Shown in pieces: positions 43,299 through 52,195 of a stretch of DNA of 64,000 bases. The translations under genes were made by a program, and so were the position numbers. The notes under the pieces are model-generated. The model did not search any database, had not been told where the DNA came from, and saw only the letters and a list, made by a program, of their open reading frames with translations. Numbering within the stretch: the stretch's first letter is position 1; the number at the start of each line of letters is the position of its first letter. The stretch comes from Alphaproteobacteria bacterium (GTDB taxonomy: Bacteria > Pseudomonadota > Alphaproteobacteria > JAAXGF01), in assembly GCA_963555825.3 (NCBI GenBank), contig CAUVXB020000002.1, positions 3,520,001 through 3,584,000 of the forward strand, in the 5' to 3' direction.

Positions 43299-45043
43299 GC
43301 GTTCAGCGCAGGCTCGCCGCGATACTCACGGCCGATGTCGTCGGCTATTCGCGGCTGATGGGCGTCGACGAGGCGGGCACGCTTGCGCGGCTCCAGGCGC
43401 TGCGCGCCGAGGCGGTCGATCCGGCCATCGCCGAGCACAACGGCCGCATGGTCAAGCTGATGGGCGACGGCGCGCTGGTCGAGTTTGGCAGCGTCGTCGA
43501 CGCCGTCGAATGCGCAGTCGAAATTCAGCATGCAGTCGCCGAGGCGGCCGGCGAGATGGCCGAGGGCCAGCGCATCGAATTCCGCATCGGCGTCAACCTT
43601 GGCGACGTCATCATCGACGGCGACGACATCTACGGCGACGGCGTCAATATCGCCGCGCGGCTGCAGGAGATCGCCGAGCCGGGCGGCGTGTGCATCTCGG
43701 GCAGCGTCTTCGAACAGATCAAGGGCAAGCTCGATGCCGCCTTCGACGACATGGGCGCCCAAGACGTCAAGAACATCGCCGAACCGGTGCGCGCCTACCG
43801 CTGGGCGCACGCCGTCGCCGGCCCGGCGCGCGAGGCCCCGCTCGCGCTGCCCGACAAGCCGTCGCTCGCCGTGCTCGCCTTCGACAACCTGTCAGGCGAC
43901 CCCGAGCAGGAATACTTCTCGAACGGCATCGCCGAGGACATCATCACCGAGCTCTCGAAGTACCGCTCGCTGTTCGTCATCGCGCGCAACTCGTCGTTCG
44001 AGTTCAAGGGCCGCGCCGTCAACGTGCGCACGATCGGCCGCGAGCTCGGCGTGCAGTACATCGTCGAGGGCAGCGTGCGGCGCGCCGGCAAGCGCGTGCG
44101 CATCACCGCGCAGCTCGTCGAGGCGGCGACCGGCAACCATGTTTGGGCCGAGCGCTACGACCGCGACCTCGAGGATATCTTCGCGGTCCAGGACGAGGTC
44201 ACCCGGGCGATCGTCACGGCGATCGAACCCGAGCTCGCGACCGCCGAGCGTCAGCGCGCGCAACGCAAGCCGGTTGAGAGCCTCGACGCCTGGGAAACCT
44301 ACCAGCGCGGCCTCTGGCACGTGTTCCGCTACGAGCGGGATGACAATGCCAAGGCCCAGGAGTTCTTCCAACGGGCCATCGATCTCGACCCGAACTTCTC
44401 GTCGGCCTACGCCGGTTGGGCCTACGCCATTTACTACAGCGTCGTCCTCGGCCTGGTGGACGACCCGGAGGAACAGATCGCACGGGCGGTCAAGATTGGC
44501 AAAACCGCTGTCTCGATTGACGCGACCGATCCGTTCGCCCATGTCGCGCTCGGCCGCGCCTATCTCCTGGCGGGCGAGCACGACGCGTCGCTCACCGCGC
44601 TGGACATGGCGATCGCGCTGACGCCCAACTATGCCAACGCGCATTTCGGCCGCGCCCACACGCTGTGGCAGGCCGGCCGGCCCAAAGAGGCCATCGTGTC
44701 GCACGACGAGGCGATCCGGCTGAGCCCGCGCGATCCGATCATGTGGGCGTTCCTGGCGAGCAAGGCGATCGCGCTCTCCATGCTCGACCGGCACGAGGAG
44801 GCGGTCGAGTGCGCGCGCCAGGCGCAACACCAGCCGAACTCGGCGATCTGGGCGAACATGGCGGAAATCTCGGCGCTCGGCCACCTCGGCCGCGCCGACG
44901 AGGCGAAGCAGGCCTTGGCGCGCGCGCGCTCCATCAAGCCCGACCTGTCGGTCGACTTCGCCGACACGGCGCTGAAGATCAAGCACCAGCGCGACCGCCA
45001 GCACTACGTCGATGGCCTGATCAAGGCCGGGCTGACCGAATGA
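43295..45043 (+). CDS. Class III adenylate cyclase - TolB-like - TPR protein 2
   Basis: ATGA overlap; same three-domain motifs. Confidence 0.92.
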   Translation: MSVQRRLAAILTADVVGYSRLMGVDEAGTLARLQALRAEAVDPAIAEHNGRMVKLMGDGALVEFGSVVDAVECAVEIQHAVAEAAGEMAEGQRIEFRIGVNLGDVIIDGDDIYGDGVNIAARLQEIAEPGGVCISGSVFEQIKGKLDAAFDDMGAQDVKNIAEPVRAYRWAHAVAGPAREAPLALPDKPSLAVLAFDNLSGDPEQEYFSNGIAEDIITELSKYRSLFVIARNSSFEFKGRAVNVRTIGRELGVQYIVEGSVRRAGKRVRITAQLVEAATGNHVWAERYDRDLEDIFAVQDEVTRAIVTAIEPELATAERQRAQRKPVESLDAWETYQRGLWHVFRYERDDNAKAQEFFQRAIDLDPNFSSAYAGWAYAIYYSVVLGLVDDPEEQIARAVKIGKTAVSIDATDPFAHVALGRAYLLAGEHDASLTALDMAIALTPNYANAHFGRAHTLWQAGRPKEAIVSHDEAIRLSPRDPIMWAFLASKAIALSMLDRHEEAVECARQAQHQPNSAIWANMAEISALGHLGRADEAKQALARARSIKPDLSVDFADTALKIKHQRDRQHYVDGLIKAGLTE

Positions 45044-46797
45044 GCGTGCAGCGCCGGCTCGCCGCAATTCTCGCGGCCGACGTCGTCGGATTTTCGCGGC
45101 TGATGGGCGCCGACGAGGCGGGCACGCTGGAGCGCCTCAAGGCGCTGCGTAAGGACCTGTTCGCACCCAAGATTGCCGCGCACAACGGCCGCATCGTCAA
45201 GCTGATGGGCGATGGGGCGTTGGTCGAGTTCGCCAGTGTCGTCGATGCCGTCCAATGCGCGGTCGCCCTGCAACGGGCGCTCGCCGGCCGCGGTGACGAG
45301 ACACCAGTGGAGCGGCGCATCGATCTGCGCATCGGCATCAACCTGGGCGACGTGATCATCGAGGGCAGCGACATCTACGGCGACGGGGTGAACGTCGCGG
45401 CACGCTTACAGGAGATCGCCGCGCCCGGCGGCGTCGCCCTTAGCGCCACCGCGTACGAGCACGCGGAGGCAAAAATCGACATCGGCTTCGAAGATGGCGG
45501 CGAGCACGAACTCAAGAACATCGCCAAGCCGGTTCGCGTCTACCACTGGCCCGAGGGCGGCGCGGCCCGCCGGCCCGCGAAGGCGGGCACGAAGGATACG
45601 CCGGCGCTTTCCGACAAGCCGTCGATCGCCGTGCTGCCGTTCACCAACATGTCGGGCGACGCCGAGCAGGAATACTTTGCCGATGGCATCACCGAAGACA
45701 TCATCACCACGCTGTCGAAATTTCCAGGCCTCGCCGTCATCGCGCGGAACTCGACGTTTGCGTACAAAGGTAAATCCGTCAGCGTGAAGGATGTCGCCGC
45801 CGAACTCGGCGTGCAATTCGTGCTCGAAGGCAGTGTCCGGCGCGGCGGCGACAGGATGCGCATCACCGCGCAGTTGATCGATGCCGCCGACGCCAGCCAT
45901 CTCTGGGCCGAACGTTACGACCGAAAGGTCGAGGACATTTTCGAGGTGCAGGACGAGATCACCCGCCACATCGTCGTGGCCTTGCAGGCCGAGCTGGTGA
46001 TGGGCGACTACGCGCAGCTCTGGCAGGGCGGTTCCAAGAACTTCGAAGCGTGGCAGCTCACGGCGCGCGCCATGCACGAATTCCTCAAGTTCACCAAGGA
46101 AGGAATGCTCAAGTCTAGGGAGCTGAACGAGAAGGCGCTGGAGTTGGAGCCTGATGACGAAATCATCATGGCGTCGGTGGGTCATTGCAACGATCAGTTG
46201 GCGAGTTCGAATTGGGTGCCGGATCCCGAGGCCGCCTTCGCCAAAGCACAGGAAATGGGCGAACGCATTCTGGCCGCCAACCCGGATAGCGCCCCGGGCC
46301 ATGTTCTGCTGGCTTCCATTCAACGCTCGCGCCGACAATTCGACGACGCGGTCGTCAACTCGGCTCGCGCATTGGAGCTAGCGCCGAATGACTCCATCAA
46401 CCAGGCCTTTTTGGCGGCGACTCTGATTGCCGCCGACCGGCCCGGCGAGGCCGTGGAACACATCGAGTCGGCGATCCGCCTCAACCCCACCTATCCGAAC
46501 TGGTTCGGCCACGCCCGCGTGCAGGCCTACCGCATGACCGGGCGGCTCGATCGGGCACTCGAGGCGGCCGTGGAACTGGTGCAACGACATCCAGACTATC
46601 TGTCTGGTCTGGTCTTGCGGACCGCCGTTTGCGCCGAAAGCGACATGGCCGCGGAGGCCCAACGAGCGGCGCAAGCCGTGCTGGAACGGAACCCCGAATT
46701 CACGATCTCGGACTATTTGTCGCGCGTCCATTACAAGAACCCGTCACGGAACGAAGACCTGGCGGCAGCGCTGCGCAAGGCGGGATTGCCGGAATGA
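45040..46797 (+). CDS. Class III adenylate cyclase - TolB-like - TPR protein 3
   Basis: ATGA overlap; same three-domain motifs. Confidence 0.92.
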   Translation: MSVQRRLAAILAADVVGFSRLMGADEAGTLERLKALRKDLFAPKIAAHNGRIVKLMGDGALVEFASVVDAVQCAVALQRALAGRGDETPVERRIDLRIGINLGDVIIEGSDIYGDGVNVAARLQEIAAPGGVALSATAYEHAEAKIDIGFEDGGEHELKNIAKPVRVYHWPEGGAARRPAKAGTKDTPALSDKPSIAVLPFTNMSGDAEQEYFADGITEDIITTLSKFPGLAVIARNSTFAYKGKSVSVKDVAAELGVQFVLEGSVRRGGDRMRITAQLIDAADASHLWAERYDRKVEDIFEVQDEITRHIVVALQAELVMGDYAQLWQGGSKNFEAWQLTARAMHEFLKFTKEGMLKSRELNEKALELEPDDEIIMASVGHCNDQLASSNWVPDPEAAFAKAQEMGERILAANPDSAPGHVLLASIQRSRRQFDDAVVNSARALELAPNDSINQAFLAATLIAADRPGEAVEHIESAIRLNPTYPNWFGHARVQAYRMTGRLDRALEAAVELVQRHPDYLSGLVLRTAVCAESDMAAEAQRAAQAVLERNPEFTISDYLSRVHYKNPSRNEDLAAALRKAGLPE

Positions 46798-48539
46798 GCG
46801 TCAATCGCAGGCTCGCCGCGATCTTGTCGGCCGATGTCGTGGGCTATTCGCGGTTGATGGGCACCGACGAGGCGGGCACGCTCGAGCGCCTCAAGGCGCT
46901 GCGCGCCGAGGCCATCGATCCGGTCATCGCGGCGCACGGCGGGCGCATCGTCAAGCTGATGGGCGACGGCACGCTGGTCGAGTTCGCCAGCGTCGTCGGC
47001 GCCGTCGACTGCGCCGTCGAAATTCAGCATGCGGTCGCCGAGGCGAATGGCGCGCTGGCCGAGGACCAGCGCATCGTCTTCCGCATCGGCGTCAACCTGG
47101 GAGACGTCATCATCGACGGCGACGACATCTACGGCGACGGCGTCAACGTCGCCGCGCGGCTGCAGGAGATCGCCGAGCCGGGCGGCGTCTGCCTCTCGGG
47201 CAGTGTCTACGATCAGGTCAAGGGTAAGGTCGAGGCGGCCTTCGAGAACTTGGGCGAGCGCGAGGTCAAGAACATCGCCGAGCCGGTTCGGGTGTATCGT
47301 GTCGTCGCTGCTGGAGACACTGCTGACGCTATGACCCAATCGACTCACAGCCCGCCGCTGCCCGACAGGCCCTCGATCGCCGTGCTGCCCTTCGTCAACA
47401 TGTCGGGCGACCCGGAGCAGGAATATTTCTCCGACGGCATCACCGAAGACATCATCACCGAGCTGTCGCGCTTCCACTCGCTGTTCGTCATCGCCCGCAA
47501 CTCGTCGTTCCACTACAAGGGCCAATCACCCAAGATCCAGGACGTCGGCCGCGACCTCGGCGTGCAGTACGTCGTCGAAGGCAGCGTGCGCAAGGCGGGC
47601 AACCGGGTACGCGTCACCGCCCAGCTGGTCGAGACCGCGAACGGCAACCACCTGTGGGCGGAGCGCTATGACCGCGACCTCGAGGACATCTTCGCGGTCC
47701 AGGATGAGCTGGTGGGCGAGATTGCGGCGGCGGTGCCGGGCCAGCTCGATGCCACGGCGACACAGCGCGCCCGGCGCAAGCCGGTCGAGAACCTGACCGC
47801 CTACGATTACGTGCTGCGTGGTGAATGGCTCATATCTCAGGAATTTGGCAGCCCCGAGATACGTGCGCTGTTCGAAAAGGCGATCGAGATCGATCCACTG
47901 TGCGCCCGCGCGTACACACGGCTTGCGACGTGGCATGCATACAGCGTCTACGCCCATGGCGCGTCCGCTGACGAAGCCACGCAATTGGCTCGATCGTTGG
48001 CCGAAAAGGCGATGGGAATCGACCCGAACGATCCGGCGGTCCTGGGCGTGGCCGCCGGGGCCTACGTCATGGTGGGAGAGCACGACCTGGCGCGACGTCA
48101 CATCGAAAAGGCCATTTCGCTTAATCCCAACGACTATCTCGTCATGCTCATGGCCAGTCTCACCCTGGCCTATCTCGGCGACCATGAGGACGCGCTGGAT
48201 TGGATGCGCCTGGTGTCGCGGCATGATCCCTATGCGGGAGATGCCATGCGGGAGTACTATTTCGACGCCTATTACATGGCACGGCGTTACGAAGACGCGA
48301 TCGGGAGCATAAAGGGGTGGCACGATCCGCCGCCGCACATGCTGGCCGAAATCGCCGCGGCTTATGCGCAGGCCGACCGCATGGACGACGCGCGCGCGAC
48401 GGTGGCGAAATACCGGGAAACGCGGCCCGCGGGAGACAGCGGCGCCGAATTCGTCCACGCCCATGTCCGCATGTGCGCCCGTCAGGAGGACGCCGATCAC
48501 TGGCTCGAGGGCTACCGCAAGGCGGGGCTCGATGTTTGA
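46794..48539 (+). CDS. Class III adenylate cyclase - TolB-like - TPR protein 4
   Basis: ATGA overlap; same three-domain motifs. Confidence 0.92.
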   Translation: MSVNRRLAAILSADVVGYSRLMGTDEAGTLERLKALRAEAIDPVIAAHGGRIVKLMGDGTLVEFASVVGAVDCAVEIQHAVAEANGALAEDQRIVFRIGVNLGDVIIDGDDIYGDGVNVAARLQEIAEPGGVCLSGSVYDQVKGKVEAAFENLGEREVKNIAEPVRVYRVVAAGDTADAMTQSTHSPPLPDRPSIAVLPFVNMSGDPEQEYFSDGITEDIITELSRFHSLFVIARNSSFHYKGQSPKIQDVGRDLGVQYVVEGSVRKAGNRVRVTAQLVETANGNHLWAERYDRDLEDIFAVQDELVGEIAAAVPGQLDATATQRARRKPVENLTAYDYVLRGEWLISQEFGSPEIRALFEKAIEIDPLCARAYTRLATWHAYSVYAHGASADEATQLARSLAEKAMGIDPNDPAVLGVAAGAYVMVGEHDLARRHIEKAISLNPNDYLVMLMASLTLAYLGDHEDALDWMRLVSRHDPYAGDAMREYYFDAYYMARRYEDAIGSIKGWHDPPPHMLAEIAAAYAQADRMDDARATVAKYRETRPAGDSGAEFVHAHVRMCARQEDADHWLEGYRKAGLDV

Positions 48540-48692
48540 GTAGCAATGGCGACACCGCGGATAGACAAATAATTCTAAGGTATGTGCTGAGCAATCGTCG
48601 TTTGTAGGGGCGGCTATAGGGCCCCATATCCTGGGTTACAGAACAACCCCCATGAGCATTGCCATAGCAATTCTCACAAGCCCGAGGATGAT

Positions 48693-49583
48693 ATGACGAC
48701 CACCCACGCCCCCCTGGCCGAGATGGCGCGCACCGCCGCGCCCTTTACCGCCGCCACGACCGATGCCGAGGCCGACTACGTCGAGGCCGAGTTGACCTAC
48801 ACGGTCAAGACCAGTGAACGTCCGGTTCGCTACAAATATGACGTTGATAATGAGCAACAGACAGAGACCGGCACGTCGGGGACCGAAACGGTCCGCGTCC
48901 ACGACGGCCGCGCGATCGCCCGCGATCTCTCGCTCGACGACCAGGGCTTCGTGCTGACGCGGCACAACAGCGCAGTCGCCGACTTCTATGACGACGCCGA
49001 GGTGCAGGCCGTCTACTACCCCGAGATCGAGCGCCTGGTGAAAGAGGCGACCGGGGCTTCCAAGGTCGTCATCTTTTACCACACGACGCGCATCGACGGC
49101 GCCACCAACCCGGACGGCGAGATCGCCAAAACCGGCGTCCGTCAGGTGCACAACGACTACACCCGGAAGTCGGGGCCGCAGCGCGTGCGCGACCTGCTCG
49201 AGGCCGACAAGGCCGAGCGGCGGTTGCAGGGCCGCTTCGCCCAGATCAACGTCTGGCGGCCGATCACCGGCCCGGTCGAGCGCACGCCGCTGGCGCTGAT
49301 CGACGCCCAGTCGATCGCGGAGGCGGACCTGGTGCCGGTCGACCTGGTCTACGACGACCGCGTCGGCGAGATCTACCACGGCGCCTACAACCCCGATCAC
49401 CGCTGGTACTACTTCCCCGAGATGGCGGCCGACGAGGCGATCCTGATCAAGGGGTACGATTCGGCCGAGGACGGCCGCGCGCGCTTCACCCTGCACTCGG
49501 CCTTCGACGACCCGACGACGCCGGCCGACGCCGCGCCGCGCGAGAGCATCGAAGTCCGCGTGCTGGCCTTCTTCGAGGAGTAG
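48693..49583 (+). CDS. CmcJ/NvfI (AsaB-like) oxidoreductase 1
   Basis: SLDDQGF, YYPEIE, VHNDYT, INVWRPI, PLALIDA, WYYFP, LHSAF, RESIEVR. Confidence 0.82.
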   Translation: MTTTHAPLAEMARTAAPFTAATTDAEADYVEAELTYTVKTSERPVRYKYDVDNEQQTETGTSGTETVRVHDGRAIARDLSLDDQGFVLTRHNSAVADFYDDAEVQAVYYPEIERLVKEATGASKVVIFYHTTRIDGATNPDGEIAKTGVRQVHNDYTRKSGPQRVRDLLEADKAERRLQGRFAQINVWRPITGPVERTPLALIDAQSIAEADLVPVDLVYDDRVGEIYHGAYNPDHRWYYFPEMAADEAILIKGYDSAEDGRARFTLHSAFDDPTTPADAAPRESIEVRVLAFFEE

Positions 49584-49592
49584 TTTGTGTTC

Positions 49593-49635
49593 CGGTCGTC
49601 ATTACTGCGTAATGATGACCTGCGCTCAATCGCCG
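49593..49635. repeat. Extragenic hairpin repeat (related to 4831-4882)
   Basis: GGTCGTCATTAC-tgc-GTAATGATGACC stem running into TGCGCTCAATCGCCG. Confidence 0.5.
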
Positions 49636-49828
49636 TGCAGGCTCTCGCCGAACGGTCGGCGGCCCGCAGTCGCGGGCTGGAAGAAGTTATCGATGGTTGA
49701 GGGATTCTGATGCGACGCCCGAGCAATCCTCGTTTGCCGTGGCGCGAGACGTCGCCTATATGGTCTGATGTCTGGTCGAACGCGCCGGGAATGGCCGCTG
49801 CCGTTCCCGGTCGATGGAGGAGCCCGCG

Positions 49829-50668
49829 ATGACCGCCGCCGCCGCCCGCACCGAGACCGGCCATCTTGACGCGCCGGTCGTCTATCTCGCCGATCTGGAC
49901 GTCAAGCCGGTCACGCATAACCCACCGCCGGGCAGCGCGCTGCCGTGGCGCGAGGGCAACTACCGGCCGTTCACCGTGGCGATGCATAACGGCCGCCGGG
50001 TTGCGCGGGATTTGTCGCTCGACCGCGAGGGTTTCGAGCTGGTGCGTCACGAGACCGCGGTCGCCGACTTCTACGACGACGATGAGGTGCGCGCCGTCTA
50101 CTATCCCGAGCTCGAGAAACTGCTCAAGCGGGAGACCGGGGCGGCGCGCGTCGTCATCTTCGACCACACGCGGCGCGCCGACGGCGGCGGCGAGCCGGGC
50201 GCCAAGGCCGAGCGCGCGCCGGTTCGCCTGACACATAACGACTACACCGAGAAATCGGGCCCGCGCCAGGTGCGCGATTCGCTGCCGGCGGATGAGGCCG
50301 AAGAGGCGCTCAAGCACCGCTATATCGAAGTCAACGTCTGGCAGCCGATCAGCGGGCCGGTGCTGTCGTCGCCCTTAGGGCTGGTCGACGCGTCGTCGAT
50401 CGCGCCCGGCGACCTGGTGGCCGTCGATTTGGTCTACGAGGACCGCACCGGCGAGATCTACCACGGCCTGCGCAACCCCGATCACCGCTGGTACTACTTC
50501 CCGCGCATGACCGCCGACGAGGCGGTGCTGATTAAATGCTTCGATTCGGCGAGGGACGGCCGCGCGCGGTTCTCGCTGCACACCGGCTTCGACGACCCGA
50601 CGACGCCCGACGACGCGCCCGCGCGAGAGAGCATCGAGACCCGTGCGCTGCTGTTCTTCGACGAGTAG
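49829..50668 (+). CDS. CmcJ/NvfI (AsaB-like) oxidoreductase 2
   Basis: GGAGGAG RBS; SLDREGF, IFDHTRR, THNDYT, VNVWQPI, LHTGF, RESIETR. Confidence 0.82.
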   Translation: MTAAAARTETGHLDAPVVYLADLDVKPVTHNPPPGSALPWREGNYRPFTVAMHNGRRVARDLSLDREGFELVRHETAVADFYDDDEVRAVYYPELEKLLKRETGAARVVIFDHTRRADGGGEPGAKAERAPVRLTHNDYTEKSGPRQVRDSLPADEAEEALKHRYIEVNVWQPISGPVLSSPLGLVDASSIAPGDLVAVDLVYEDRTGEIYHGLRNPDHRWYYFPRMTADEAVLIKCFDSARDGRARFSLHTGFDDPTTPDDAPARESIETRALLFFDE

Positions 50669-50859
50669 AGGTCTGCGTCGGCCTGTTCGCCGGCGACCTC
50701 AGGGCTCGTGGTCCCGCGCGGCCATCGCGGCGCGCAGCTTGGCGACAAGGCGTCGCAATGAGCGGGGCGCCGGCTGCCGTAACGGACCGCGATGAGCGAA
50801 ACGCAGCGCCGGCTCCACGCCGGTCGGCGACGTCCTTGAGGGGAGCGCTGCTGGCTGTC

Positions 50860-51714
50860 TTAGTTCCCGAGCGCAAAGTCCCGCAGGGCGACGATATACG
50901 CTTTTTGGGCAGGCCCGAGTTCGGTACGGAGATCTACACTATTGTACTTAAGCAGCGACAACCCTTCGGGATCCTCGACCCAGTTGTTGGCTATGTATAT
51001 CGACGGCTGATCGCCAACTTGTTTATACGTGAATGATACCGCCACCGTGAACACGTCCTTGAGATGAAAGTTGGCTTTGTCGAGCTGCCCGGTAAGCCCG
51101 CCAAAATCGAGCATCAGCATGCGCTTGCCGGTGAAGGTATAGCCGATGTCGAGTTTGTCGTTGGCGACGACAATTGCGCTGTACACGGTCCTTACAAAAC
51201 TGCTGGGGTCCTCGGTCTGGAAACCCTTGCCAGGCGAAACGCTGTACAGCGGCAGCGATCCCCCCTTTTTGGCGACCGGCTTGTCGCAGTTCGCCACCGT
51301 GCCGTCTTGAATCAGCATGTACCCAACCGCCGCCGTGATCACGCTGATCGCCTTGCCCAGCGCGGCACCCTCCAGCTTTTCCTTGAATTCAACCGTTATA
51401 GATGCATTGGGACTCGATTTGCCTTCGAACCCGCCGAGCCCATAGGTCAGCGTGCCAAATTTGGCTTTATCGTCAAAATTTTTCTCGAGAAACGCGGCAA
51501 CGACTATCGCTTGCCGCTGGGTAAATTCACTCCAGCTTGCGAAATTCTTTGTCGCCAGAATGTGGTTCACCCCTCCGCCGATGATCGGGCCCGCGTCTTT
51601 GCTCGGGATCGCTTCGAATATCAGATTGCACACCGCCGCCTGAGCGGTCGAGACGGGGAGCCACAGAAATGCGCATACGAGCGCTGCGCCGAAATGTCGA
51701 GCGAAGTGGGTCAT
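50860..51714 (-). CDS. Hypothetical exported protein
   Basis: AAGGAAGG RBS; Sec signal peptide ending AQA; lower-GC codon usage; no recognised motif. Confidence 0.7.
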   Translation of the reverse strand: MTHFARHFGAALVCAFLWLPVSTAQAAVCNLIFEAIPSKDAGPIIGGGVNHILATKNFASWSEFTQRQAIVVAAFLEKNFDDKAKFGTLTYGLGGFEGKSSPNASITVEFKEKLEGAALGKAISVITAAVGYMLIQDGTVANCDKPVAKKGGSLPLYSVSPGKGFQTEDPSSFVRTVYSAIVVANDKLDIGYTFTGKRMLMLDFGGLTGQLDKANFHLKDVFTVAVSFTYKQVGDQPSIYIANNWVEDPEGLSLLKYNSVDLRTELGPAQKAYIVALRDFALGN

Positions 51715-52081
51715 GGCATGGGTTCCTTCCTTGGTCGGCGACGTCTTCGTGACGGAGCTGTTCTTGCGGAAGCTCTCGCCGCCGATGAAAACCGGGCCGG
51801 TGAATATGCCGGAGGCGTGTTCCCATTGCCGTTGCACCGCTTTGTAGGCCACCGCCGCCGACGCGGCCCCGAACCGCAGCGCCCTGGCTGGGCGCCGCAA
51901 GGGGCGCGGAACTGTTCGCCCCTTGCGGTTCCCCCTAACCCCTAACAAGTGCTGCCGCTTTTGACGATCGCTCGGACGTCCTCGGAGTCATCGACCGCGT
52001 TGATGGCGGTTTGCATTATGCTTCTCGCGGTGGCGATGTTCGCATGGGCATAGGATCGGACATGGCGCCGGCACGAGGCGT

Positions 52082-52195
52082 TGAGTCGGACCCGATTTCC
52101 TTGGACACAGAATTGGCTTAATCGAAGTGTCCAAGGAGGACCGGAACATGACCGACAATTTTGAGAACAAAGTTGCTGTTGATGGGCCTGTGGTA
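52082..52195 (+). mobile_element. Truncated left end (114 bp) of the IS3-like element at 39794-41213
   Basis: Matches the reverse complement of 41100-41213; stops abruptly at the IS256 IR. Confidence 0.88.

Noticed and set aside
43064-46793. Long N-terminal extensions of cyclases 2-4
   Set aside because: They overlap the previous gene out of frame; the ATGA junctions give consistent starts
41541-48539. Diversity-generating retroelement or canonical Pycsar/CBASS
   Set aside because: No reverse transcriptase, no adenine-specific template/variable repeat pair and no cNMP-binding effector in the window; the cyclases carry adenine-type specificity residues
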